Shown piece by piece: positions 26,157-37,650 of a stretch of DNA of 64,000 bases. The translations under genes and the position numbers were made by a program. The notes below the pieces were generated by a model. That model had not been told where the DNA came from, searched no databases, and saw only the letters and a program-made list of their open reading frames with translations. Position 1 is the first letter of the stretch, and each line of letters opens with the position of its first letter. The stretch is from Tubulanus polymorphus (Eukaryota; Animalia; Nemertea): assembly GCF_964204645.1 (NCBI RefSeq), contig NC_134033.1, forward strand, positions 5,542,231 through 5,606,230. Direction: 5' to 3'.

Positions 26157-27949
26157 CGATCGTCTGCTCCTGAATACAGTCTGCTCACGAATATTCAGCC
26201 ACCAAGACGGGTCATAGTCACAGTCCGCACCGCCTCAAACTCTATCGATGGGCGATGTAGTTCCTTTTCGCTTTTCACGAAATTTCTCCGTTTGAGACTA
26301 AGTCCGGACGACTGTAGTCGCATTGATACTCGAACTTGCGTTTAAATGCCCCGTACATAAACGCCAATTACGAGCGTTCATGTTATGCGTGGCAAAGCAG
26401 AATCGATTCCATACAAAACCGATATAGCTCTATATTTTTGAGAAGGTCGTCGAGATTTATATCGGCAAATTCAGATTAGAAAGTTTTTTCCAAACATCAT
26501 AGATTTCTAAGAAATTTTTATAGAGTAAAATCATGGAACGATTTCCTTTTTTAAGTAGCTCAGGTAAACGTTGATAGTCACCAACGAATCCAATTGATTA
26601 TATCATGTAAGTCAAGAATTTACGAAGGCATATTGGAGCTCAGTATAGGATAAGGCGTAATAACCACGTTAGCTGTTAGTTTTGAGTGGCAAATGGGTTC
26701 GAGTCCTGCTGCAAAGGCGTGAAACGTCGTGAGGTTGAATGAATATTTCGGCAGATAAGAATGATCGGGTTAGTCTCGGAAAAGCAAGATTCAAGCGACG
26801 TAAGACAACAAAGACAACAAAGCAAACATACAAAACTATTGTTACGTAGAGGAATTTACCGATATTTATCATGTTATCAAATACGCTTCATTAAAACCAC
26901 GCAGGCCCATAGTAAATTTAGAAATAAGCGACGAACATTCAAGAAGCAAAAAAGTTACCAATAAGAAAATGCTTGATTTTATCATTACGAAAAAGGTGGC
27001 AAAATACTTTACCCATTTTAACTGATTTGTCGCAGGGAGGTGCAAAAATATATTTTCTACATCGGATTAAAGGGTTTTCGCGGTACCCATCTGATACGAG
27101 CAAGTGGGTGGTGTGGGCGAGTGGTTAAAGCAATCTTCTCATCTATGTACTTCAAAACAATTAACTAAATTTGAGTCCAGATATTCTGGGAAAAAGCTAC
27201 TAAAACATTTCATTGCAGGAAATCGAGGTTGTAACGAGGCGATTTCCTCGCTTTTGTCGAGATATATTAATGCTTTTTCTTTTTATTACATAAACGCTTT
27301 TTTATTTTGCGCGTAAATTGTGTATTGCGTTTTTTGACGAAAGCGGCGAATGTATTCAGGCGGCAAAACCTGGGGCCCCAGGTTTTGTCCGCTATTGTCC
27401 TGATACGTCCTGTAATGTCCAAGAAAGTAAGTGTGTAATTGTATTTTCAGATCAAAGGTCGAAAGGTCGAGCTTCACTCAATCGTTCTCCCTTCCATCTG
27501 AAAAAAAAAACAATTATACACTCTTATATTTATTTGAAAAAATAGAAAAATATTAAAGTAATCAAAATTTTCAATAAATAAAAGTGTCAATAGAATATCA
27601 ATATTTTGAAATATGAAAAGTGTGAAAAAAATGTGAGTAAATAATTTTAGATTTTCACTGAAAACATAGAAAAATATATGATTTTAAAAAACAAAAAGTT
27701 ATAATATGATTTATATTTTGATTTTATCATCCAAGAATTCTTAAAGAATTATCAAAGAAACTAAGAAACTAAGAATTCTTAAAGAATTCTCAACAATTCG
27801 AAGTCTTCCCTCTCATCCCTAATTGTCATTAATAGCTTTCAATATGAAAAGTGTGAGTAAAGTGTGAGTAAAATAATTTAGATTTTAAAATATTAAAAGT
27901 GTTAATAGAATAATTTGTAAATGTATTGTTATTGTGGAGGTAATATGAA

Positions 27950-28178
27950 ATGAAAATAAACGATACTGTCATTAAAAGTTTATATAAATCTGCGATATTA
28001 GTATCTCATTGTGAAATATAAAATAGATATCTGAATTCTAAAATAAACAGAAATAAATTTGAATTTAAATGATACAATAAAATTGTTATCAATCATATTT
28101 GCATCTGAAATTATAATTGATTTTGTTGCAAGTCAAGATTCTATACCTCTTAACAATGTAATTCCTTTGAAATATTAA
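27950..28178 (+). pseudogene. Frameshifted small hydrophobic ORF resembling a conserved Polinton accessory protein
   Basis: MKINDTVIKSLYKSAILVS / NLNLNDTIKLLSIIFASEIIIDFVASQDSIP in two frames; family match is from recall, not a search. Confidence 0.4.
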
Positions 28179-28339
28179 CTTTTTATGATAGTTTCCATTT
28201 AATTTTTTACAATGTTTTAGTAAATTTTATATTTTGATTTAATAAATCTTTTGAAATATTTTCATTATAAAAATATAATGCAGCCAATATTAAACCTCCA
28301 GCTACTAAATTTTAAACATATACATATATTATTTTTCAA

Positions 28340-28750
28340 TCATTAATTTATAATATATTTGAAACATATAAGCTTAAGATTTAAGATTCAAATTTAATAT
28401 TCGATATATATTTTAAAATATCAAACTGTTATATATTTGAAATACATAATTTGAAATTTACCAAGATTCGAATGTAATATTTCATTAATTATTCTTAAAT
28501 ATTAAACTTTTATATATTAGAAACATATAATTTTATGATTTAATTTTTAAAATTTAATTAATTGTAATTCTAACATAAAACTTGTATATATTAGAAACAT
28601 ATAATTTCATGATTTCATAATTTATTAATTATCATTTTAATATACAAATTTTATATATTTGAAACATATGATAGTATTTCAGATTTAATTCTAATATTTT
28701 GATATTTTTGATATGTTTCACTTTTATATATTTGAAACATATAATCTAGT
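28340..28750. repeat. Degenerate ~70-77 bp repeat with core TATATTTGAAACATATAA (~6 copies)
   Basis: Core at ~28357, 28435, 28512, 28587, 28654, 28727. Confidence 0.6.
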
Positions 28751-29482
28751 ATTTCAACTTAATCTATTTTCAATATAGAATCATTACTCCTTTCATATTT
28801 TTTATGTTTAATTGTTTGATAATGCTTTGATTTATGTGCTTTTAAATATTTACCTCCACGATAAGAATACATTTTTTATTAGGATTGCATCTTTTCAATT
28901 CATTATTTAAACTACATTGAATTGCAATGTCTTTAAAAGATTTACTATTTTTTTAATCACATTGAATTCCAATATTTTATATATGTTCATCATCAATAAT
29001 TTGTTAATCATCAAAATTGAAATATTTTAAATGTCATTCTTTAATTTTTAGGTTTATCAAATCATCACCTTTTGAAAGTATTATATTAATTTTTGTTTCA
29101 TTAAAAGGAATTTCAAGAATACCTATTATGTTTTCATCGAAATTACCTTTAGAATTTAACACTGTACTAAATATTTTATGATTTCTAATACCATAATCTA
29201 AAGTATCTATTAGTTCAATAATTAAATATGTTTCATTTAATAGTAATTGATTAAACATAATGATATTATCAATTTCATATTGTCTTCCATACACTAGATT
29301 TTTTTGCTGAGATATAGTTTTTAATGTAAAAAAGTGAAAATCAGTTATTAGCTTCTTTTATTTCAATTTCGAATTCGGTTAATTTCTAATTTTCTTTTTT
29401 TCTAATTATTTACTCACTCACCAATTTACTCAATTAACCTGTTCTCCTCTGTATATATTCCCCTGTTTGTAACCTATATCTC

Positions 29483-29524
29483 ACACCTGAGGATGATCTC
29501 TAGGGTGAGATCGAAACGTCGTGT
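29483..29524 (+). ncRNA. Minimal type I hammerhead ribozyme (Penelope-like retroelement pLTR type)
   Basis: ACAC-CUGAGGA-U-GAUCUC(UAGGGU)GAGAUC-GAAA-CG-UC^GUGU: intact core, perfect 6-bp stem II, 4-bp stem I, palindromic ACGU helix III. Confidence 0.8.
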
Positions 29525-31926
29525 CTTATAAATATTTTAGATCGAATAAATAAATTCTTGTTTTTAAATTCTTTTAATCTGTAGATAGTGTGTTTTTATC
29601 TTATTATCCGTTCACCACGTATGAGTGTGGTTACCGTTTCTCTTAGTTTCTTATTTTTCTTTAATAATTCTTTAAGAATTCTAGAATGATTATATTAAAA
29701 TCCAAGTTATATTATAACTTTTTATTTTGTAAAGTCAATTATTATCATATATTATCATATATTTCATTAAGTATTTTATAAATATCATATGTTATTTACT
29801 CCTCATTTATTTATTATTTTTCTCCTTTATTTTGTAAAAAGTATTAAAAAATATATTTTTATCAACTCGTTATTGACTCGTTACTTTTAATCAATTATTT
29901 TATTATGTTTTCAGTAAATATCTAAAATCATTTTGCTCACACCTTACTTACACTTAATATATTCCAAAAGATATTGATATCTTATTAAATTAACACTTTT
30001 ATTTATCAAAAATGTTGATTATTTTAATATTGTATCTTTTACACATAAATATTAGAGTTAGTGCATAATTGTATTTTCAGATTGAAGGGAGAAAGGTTGA
30101 GTTAAGCCCGACATTTCGACCTTTGATCTGAAAATACAATTATACACTTACTCAATAAGACCAAAACACGATGATATTCAATAGTTGTTCTTTGTTATTG
30201 TGAGTCCAAAACCAGAATGATCCGTTGTGGTGATGGATTCTCCGCCAATGTTATGGTCGCGTATATCTACCAGTGCTGTGAATCCGGGTTGGGTTCTCCA
30301 ACTAGCGTTGTGGTAATAATTCCTCTCGTCGATGTTGCGAGGGACACTCTCTTAGGTCAGATCCCAGTCCTTGGTTTTGACTTCTTACACGGCTCCCAGA
30401 TATAACAAAACAATTTCTTAAGTTATCTTTCGTTTATTTCTTCTTCCCAGATGTATCCAGATCATTCCCCGGAGCTCCCGTGTTTACTGAAACCTCCCTA
30501 TTTATATTACTTTCTCTTTTGTAACGTGTGCAGGTCCTCTTCCACACATGGCTTGGAATTCATGGCTTGTGATGTATTCATACGTCACAACATTCCTCCC
30601 ATCCATGTATGGGCGATGACGTATCTGCACACGTCACAATTTTCTATAAATATATTTTTGCACTCAACAGAGTCAATGGCCGCACCATATTAGGTTTACT
30701 TACGTAGACACATACGTCACTTTCAGACTTGTTTATTTGTATTTCTTCTATTTATGTTTATGTATGACGTACGCATCAACGCAGGTTGTCTGGGAATAAC
30801 AACACTAGCCATGAACTCCAGCTTCCGTATATTTATCTAAACTACTAAACTATCAGCACAACAGATCCAGATTTACGACCGATCATAGACCTTCTTGGGT
30901 TTGGCTCCACCTCCTTGGACAAGGCAACCGATTGGTGGATAGAAACCGAGCTAAGGTGGAGGTTTGCCCAATAATTTGGTCCACTAATAGACGGAATTTC
31001 GGGTGAAGCAGTTTCCTTTAACATTAATCATAACACACTCAAATGAGATGTCACGTCAAGTTTCTATAATAAACGAAGACGTGTCTACTCCGATTTCGAG
31101 TGAATGAATTTATTCCTAAAATAGTTAATGTACTAAAAAGTCTGATATTCATATAAAATTAATTATGATATCTAACTAGGAAATATCACACTGATAAAAA
31201 TGATGCTCTATAATGTAATATAAATCTCTAATCAAAATGGATAAATCGTAAAGGATGATTCAGTGATGGTTACAGAGAGAAGGGGACGGAGAACTGGTGG
31301 ACCTAGCAGTGGCTGTTGCAAAAGAAAAGTTTGCTGTTGTAGCTAAGTTTTATCGGAGGCTTGGTCCATTTCGACCGCATTGTACGATTGGAGGAAGTTC
31401 GAAAATGTGATAAAAATGTCCAGATCATAAAATACAGAGATTTGTCAAGACTGCATATCGATTTCGGCTGTGGACATTACGATTAAGGAAAATAAAATCT
31501 GATTTGACAGGATAATTTCGCCTCAGCTGAAATTTTGCTGAAAGATGCGCGTATATACATAATGTCTAATGTTCATAATCGTTCCAAACATACGAGCTCA
31601 TAATCGATGATATTGGCCGATGACTAATGACGTATATCTGGAAAGCAAATAACAAAAAAAGAATTAAAATTAATTTCGACTTAAGAAATCTATAAAGATT
31701 AGAATTTGTTCTGACCATACGTATATAGATTTCAACGTATATAAATTGTAGCTATAATAGTTTTGTTAGAAATTGATTCTACTCATCCGCGCATATTGTG
31801 AGCGCTCATTATTGAGGTCTTTATTACGGAGTGATAAACGTGAGTTCGGGTTTAAATACGACCACGGTCGTCGGGACTTCATTTCATCGGATAAGCTACG
31901 CACAAAAGAAACACAATCGGTTTTCA

Positions 31927-33027
31927 ATGGCAGTTCAGATAAACGTGAGTTTGACCGTCAATGCTACCGATGTCACCGGTGTCACTGCAGTAAACGGCGG
32001 CTTCAAACCGCATCCCAGATGCAAATTCATCCACCATTCAGATTACAAACCGTTTCACGTGAACGCTTTCTACCAGGCGTCGAACTGGGTCGTCGCGAGC
32101 GTCGCCGCTTTCGGCGTCTTTCTTAACGTTTTGTCCTACGCGATCCTTCGCAAAGATAACGGGCAAAATACAAGTATTTTCTATCTGAAATATCTGGCTA
32201 TTCTAGACGCTTGTATGTGCGCGTCGTATCTGTTATTCGACTTTCATAATAAACTGTACAGTCACACGTTACTGCTCGACCATACCTTACAATTCAACCA
32301 CTTCATTAAACGAACATACCCGTACACGCAGAAGATCAGATTCTACTTTTCTGGTGTTGCCGATTTGTTAATTCTAATCGTAGCCGTTGATAGATTGATC
32401 GTAGTACGGTGGCCTCTGAAAGCGTGTGCGCTAATATCTTTAAAACGGGCTCGCTACAACGCAATAGGAATAACGATCTTAATGGCGGCCATTTCTTGTC
32501 CGTGGTTCTTTCAGAAATGGACTAAGAGATCGACGAATCCGTGTACCGGGCACGAACGATGGTCCATACGAATAACGGCGTTCAATAGAAGTCGGAATTA
32601 TCGTTTATACATGCTATTCGTGTACACGCCGGTGTTTCATATAGTCCCACCCGCCACCGTCGTGGTAATAACGGCGAACATAATCAAAACTCTCAAATCT
32701 ACCGCAAATACCAGAAAACACATGACGTCATCGACGACTCTGTCTCGGAATAAAGACGAACGTAGTTTGACGATCGCTTTAGTGATAATTTGCTATATTT
32801 ATTTGATTAAACGTGCCCTGCTCATGTCCGGCACAGTAAACAACTTTCTTGTTTTTAAATACGGCCCAAGCGCCTCGGTTCTATCCGGCGTCGGCGCGTA
32901 CATGGATGGCGCGAAAGATCTGATGAGGAAATGTTCGGCGTCGGCGAATTTCTTCGTCTACGTCGGGTCGAGAAGGAAGTTCCGACATCGGCTCAAGGAG
33001 ATGTTTTTGACGATTAAACGTTTTTGA
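31927..33027 (+). CDS. Intronless class A GPCR, FMRFamide-receptor-like (copy 2)
   Basis: ATG 31927 aligns with the paralog starts (MAVQINVS); 366 aa; DRL and SANFFVY motifs. Confidence 0.92.
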   Translation: MAVQINVSLTVNATDVTGVTAVNGGFKPHPRCKFIHHSDYKPFHVNAFYQASNWVVASVAAFGVFLNVLSYAILRKDNGQNTSIFYLKYLAILDACMCASYLLFDFHNKLYSHTLLLDHTLQFNHFIKRTYPYTQKIRFYFSGVADLLILIVAVDRLIVVRWPLKACALISLKRARYNAIGITILMAAISCPWFFQKWTKRSTNPCTGHERWSIRITAFNRSRNYRLYMLFVYTPVFHIVPPATVVVITANIIKTLKSTANTRKHMTSSTTLSRNKDERSLTIALVIICYIYLIKRALLMSGTVNNFLVFKYGPSASVLSGVGAYMDGAKDLMRKCSASANFFVYVGSRRKFRHRLKEMFLTIKRF

Positions 33028-33488
33028 GCCTAGAATATCTGGCTCGACGAGATGGCGTCTTTTTGTGGCTTTGAATGACCAACGCGTAATAATGCGCCTT
33101 TCACATTTAGATCACGATCAATGATTGACGTAAATAGAATATCTAGTGTCGGGTGGTTTTTTCTTCTGGTGCTTTATCTTTATCATCGTCATTGTTGTAG
33201 AGGCTTATAAAACTTTGGAACATGCGGCCGATTCATTTACAATTAAACTGACGACATCCGAGCTGTATCCGGATTGGAACGTCACGGTCGTCATCGGCTG
33301 ATAGCTGAGGGCCTGACCGCATTCCAAATATTGGGAATCGATTTATTTCCATCGAAACATTGTCGATAATATGAAGCTATAAATATGTAATTTTCATTCA
33401 AGTCATCAATAAACTTTCAAGTTAGGTTTGTTTTTAGACACGTATTGTATCGTATCACTTGGTTGGGGTTTTTTTAGTCATCAGCACC

Positions 33489-33586
33489 TGCAGTTCAAGA
33501 GTTTTGAGTTAAGATTTCACTCATAGTAAACTCATTGAAAATGAACTAACTCAGATTTAACTCTAAATCGCAACTGCATAACTGCA
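33489..33586. mobile_element. Diverged copy of the palindromic MITE at 55953-56062
   Basis: Shares GAGTTAAGATTT...AACTCATTGAAAATGAACTAACT; TGCAGTT/AACTGCA ends. Confidence 0.6.
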
Positions 33587-35313
33587 TTCAGTGATGGTCG
33601 TAGTGATCAGGCCACGTAACTGAATATCCTGCAATCAATAAAGACGTAATCAATAAGATGAATACATGAAATATTGCAATATTTATTTCATTGAAGCGCA
33701 AATCAGAGTAATATGAACAGATATTACATCTGCTGTCTGTCACATCCTCTCCGTGCGACGTTTTGGTTTGTAATTTCGGTAACAATCAATTGATCAGTGA
33801 ATGTCATGGCTGCATCATTTTGTTCAGTAAGTAATCTGCATTCAAAAATGAATAATGAATTAGCATAAATGCATGTTCGTGGCCCGTAATGTGGCGCCAC
33901 CTACAGTGTTTTGTTATGCAAATGATTACGTGATGACGTGTTAGCAACGTTTCCGAGCGTCCGCGGAGCAGTTTTTCAGCATTACGCGAGCGTATGCTGA
34001 GTAAACTATCGCTCATAAATAAAAAAACAAAAGCAACTCTAGTAAAAATCGTTGTTTATTCCTGAATGCAAATACCTCACTGAACAAATTGATGCATAAT
34101 AAAGGTAGATCAATCGATTATTAACGAACGGTTCAAAACGTCACACGGAGAGCCGATGTGACAGACAGTTATCAGAAAATTGTCTATGATGATATAACTG
34201 CTCGTATAATCCACAACCTGTGTCATTCACAAATTCCTCGCAGTGGATAAATCTAAACTTACAAGTATCCAATGTACGAAATATAATTTTCACAATCCCC
34301 ACCGCCATCATCACCATCCCCGTATCCAACTCACTGTTGCTTCAATGCAGACCATCTAACGTTAGTTTTCTAATATGTATCGTTCATTCATTCATATGAA
34401 TTCAGTAAAAATTCTAAAAAATAATTCGCAATATCTAAACACTAGTAGCGACACATATCGAATCGAGTGAGACTCACAATACAAAAATTCGTTCTTCGTG
34501 GATATAGAATAATCAGTCATTACATGATTTGAATACAAAATATACACTGTAAACAATATTGAGACATATTTGACTATACAGACGCGTAGCCATGCGCTAA
34601 AGGCGAGTAGCACACCATTGTGAGTTCTGGAATTTTTGTTGTTGACAAATTGTGCGATGCATTCCGGTGATTGTACACGTACATGACATTTTTTTCGTGG
34701 CGTTTTTATTGCTCGGAGAAAAATATAGTGTATACCCGGCGTATGTAGGCCTATAAACAAACACTATACGAACATTGAACATTGAATAATTGCATAGAAC
34801 CATGAAAAACATGCGGTTTCAAGAAAAATTCAATGGACAAATTTTACAAGATTAAAACCGAAATCACGTACGCTTTCACAGCAAGGACGAAATACTAGGT
34901 CGATATTCAGTAAAATCATCGTATGATCCCAGATTGAGGGATTACGAGAGAGACTTATGTTTTTAACATGTCATAAGCGTTTAAATTGATGGCCACCATT
35001 TAACCATGGACTCCAAAACGTTTTAGAGTCCATGATTTCACCGAACACTAAATCGGCGCTAGGGTGGACAGACTGCATACGACTCCCAAACTGCGCCGTT
35101 CAAACTTCAATAGCGGGAGGAAAAACCGGATCCCGAAATCTAGCTTAAACGAATGCTCCCGCCAAATATTGTACAAACAAGATAGGGGTTATAATCTCAA
35201 AAAATATTATCATCATCCAATGATGATAATAAATCGTTTAATTGAATACGCGATATTTAGATGAAGGTTTAGTTAACATTTCCAGTTTTAGACTGACAAC
35301 AAATAAATGATCA

Positions 35314-36202
35314 CTATCTTCTATCCAATTCCATCGCATTGAAATCCGCAACCGGCTGATTTTCCGTCAAGCCTCGTCTATGTTTTTGGCGCACTCTGTG
35401 CACACTGCACCCGATAGCGATTAGAGTTACCAACCCTAACACACCTCCCAACGAGGCGATCACTGTGATGAGCAGTTCGTCCTCATTTGCGGTCGGAGTT
35501 GGCGGTTTAGGGCGAAGTGGTGCCGTTGCAGTTATGGGAGCTGATGTAGTTGTATGAGCCAATGTAGTTGTAGGAGCTGATGTAGTTGTAGAGCGTGTGT
35601 AGTTGTAGGAGCTAGTGTAGTTGTGGGAGCTGGTTTAGTTCTCGTAAAAGCTGGTGTAGTTGTAGTAGGAGCTGGTGTAGTTGTAGTAGGAGCTGGTGTA
35701 TTTGCAGGAGCTGGTGTAGTTGTAGGAGCTGGTGTAGTTGCAGGAGCTGGTGTAGTTGTAGGAGCTGGTGTAGTTGCAGGAGCTGGTGTAGTTGTAGGAG
35801 CTGGTGTAGCTGTAGGAGCTAGTTTAGTTGTAGGAGCTGGCGTGGCACCAGCTTTAGTCGCCTGATCAAGACTTTGCGCTTCGAAATCGTATTTAACGAC
35901 GCATTGTTTCGGAGTGCCTTCGTCCGACGCTTCTACATAAACGATAAACTCTCCGGCCAGTTTTCGATCAGTGGAACGACCGGCCACAGAATTCCGATAA
36001 AAACTGGACCGAAGAGGTTCACGCCGTACCTCCGACTGCAGTTGTTACCGTAATAACCAGTTTTACACTCGCACGTATTATTCATCAGTGCAGACGCCCG
36101 GGTTCTGGCACGGAGTCGAACACGTGGCCACGTCACACTTCAGCGATGAGTTCCACCCGCTGTCGCAGGCGCAAACATCGAAACCCGTGCAAATTCCTTG
36201 TC
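35314..36202 (-). pseudogene. Frameshifted terminal exon: 2 EGF-like + partial cadherin + Thr/Pro mucin stalk + TM + short tail
   Basis: Acceptor ttcctag|36202. GQGICTGFDVCACDSGW...CQNPGVC / NNTCECKTGYYGNNC...PVF / VYVEASDEGTP / (PAPTTT)n / LLITVIASLGGVLGLVTLIAIG. Frame changes at ~36086, ~35997 and ~35591. Confidence 0.7.
35545..35850 (-). repeat. 18-bp mucin-like repeat (PAPTTT)
   Basis: GGAGCTGGTGTAGTTGTA tandem on the + strand. Confidence 0.9.
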
Positions 36203-36478
36203 CTAGGAAATATAAGAGGCGATTTAGTACAATTTGGAGATTCTATAATAATAACAACATTAATAACGAGTTAGAATCCAAAACTGTACATAAACCAGAA
36301 GTCCAGAAATTCTGAGAAAAAGCTTCTCTAAAACATTTCATTGACGGAATCGAGGTTAAAGGCGATTTCCTTGCGTTTGAAGAAGGGAAGCTATCGGAGG
36401 TCTGATGGAGTGCTAGCAGTGGCTGTTGCAAAAGAAAAGTCGGCAACTTATGCCCTAGTTCAGTTTGATCGGAGGCTT

Positions 36479-36664
36479 AGTTTTTAAAATTTTTTAACAC
36501 CCTCAACCCACTAAGCGCCACGCAGGGCATTATAAGTGGGTTCGATGTTTCTTTTTCCCAATGGGGGAGACCACAGAAGAACATTCGACCAAGGTTTGAA
36601 CCCATAAACCCTGGATTGACAAGACCAGTGACCGGCGGCTTCGACCACTCGGCCACTGTGCCTC
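36479..36664 (-). mobile_element. tRNA-derived SINE with 10-bp TSD TCGGAGGCTT
   Basis: A box TGGCCGAGTGG, B box GGTTCAAACC, tail GCCCTGCGTGGCGCTTAGTGGGTTGAGGG plus A-rich end; TSD at 36469-36478 and 36665-36674; empty site at 31353-31362. Confidence 0.85.
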
Positions 36665-37379
36665 TCGGAGGCTTGGTCCGTTTCTGTCATGCACCGCGCG
36701 ATTGGGTGAAAGTTCCAAATTTAATGAAAATGTCATGATTATTTAAAACAGGTATTTGCACACATTGCGTATTGATTTCGGCTTTTAGACATTACGATTA
36801 TGAAAATTATTTATTTGGACATTTGGATCACGTACATTACGATTATAAAAATGAAATCTGATTTACCAAGATGAATTCGCCTCAGGTATTTCTGAAATTC
36901 TTCTGAAAGATCTGCGTATACGTATTTTTATTGTTCGTATATCGTCCAAACCGAACTCATAAAAATTAAGATTGGCTGATGACTATTGACGTATTTATCT
37001 AGTTAATTAAACAAAAAAAGAGAAAAAAAATATTCCATGACTCTGCTCACAAAAATCGACTTGAGAAATCGATAAAGTTTAGTAACATTTTTCTGGTTAG
37101 TATATATATAAATATAGATTTCCACTAAAAATATAGCTACGTACATCAGTTTTGCAAGAAATCGATTCTACTCATCTGCGCACATTGTGAGCGCTCATTA
37201 TTGGTGTTTCTTTACGGAGTTTTAACGTGAGTCGGGACTTCATTTTATCGAGTAGTAACTCCACCAGAATGATGCAAAAAGAAAGCATTTTGCTCATTTC
37301 TAAGTTAAAGGCGATGTTGAATGTAAGTATGAAGAGTTTTGTCGGCTGACTTTTCAACAGCGGAGCAGACAAACTATCT

Positions 37380-37645
37380 GCAGTGAACGACAGACGACTA
37401 TCTGTATTGAGGAGCAGACGACTATCTGTATTGAGGAGCAGAACGGCTACCTGTATTGAGGAGCAGACGACTATCTGTATAGAGGAGCAGAACGACTACC
37501 TGCATTGAGGAGCAGACGACTATCTGTATAGAGGAGCAGAACGACTACCTGTATTGAGGAGCACACAAATATCTGTATTGAGGAGCAGAACACTATCTGT
37601 TTTGAAGGGCAGACGACTATCTGTATTCAGGAGTAGACGAACGGT
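37380..37645 (+). repeat. Minisatellite of ~21 bp units (GAGGAGCAGACGACTATCTGTATT-like) directly upstream of GPCR copy 3
   Basis: ~12 tandem units ending just before the ATG at 37651. Confidence 0.9.
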
Positions 37646-37650
37646 ATTCG

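Larger units (their letters stand above)
27426..30152. mobile_element. Non-autonomous Polinton/Maverick-like element with long TIRs
   Basis: 5'-AG...CT-3' termini (AGTAAGTGT / ACACTTACT); imperfect TIRs of ~350 bp or more (27426-~27775 vs ~29641-30152); 6-bp TSD CAAGAA/CAATAA with 1 mismatch; very AT-rich interior with decayed small ORFs. Confidence 0.75.
27411..30863 (-). mobile_element. Probable solo LTR (~720 bp) split by the Polinton-like insertion
   Basis: TGT...ACA termini when the insertion is removed; minus-strand ATATAAATAGGG TATA-like box at ~30500; TSD not clean (cgtcc/gatcc). Confidence 0.35.

Noticed and set aside
26640-27180. tRNA genes suggested by GGTTCGAGTCC and GGCGAGTGGTTAA boxes
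   Set aside because: No cloverleaf; at most decayed SINE heads.
31831-31926. 32-aa N-terminal extension of GPCR copy 2
   Set aside because: Begins at GTG; paralogs start at the ATG equivalent to 31927.
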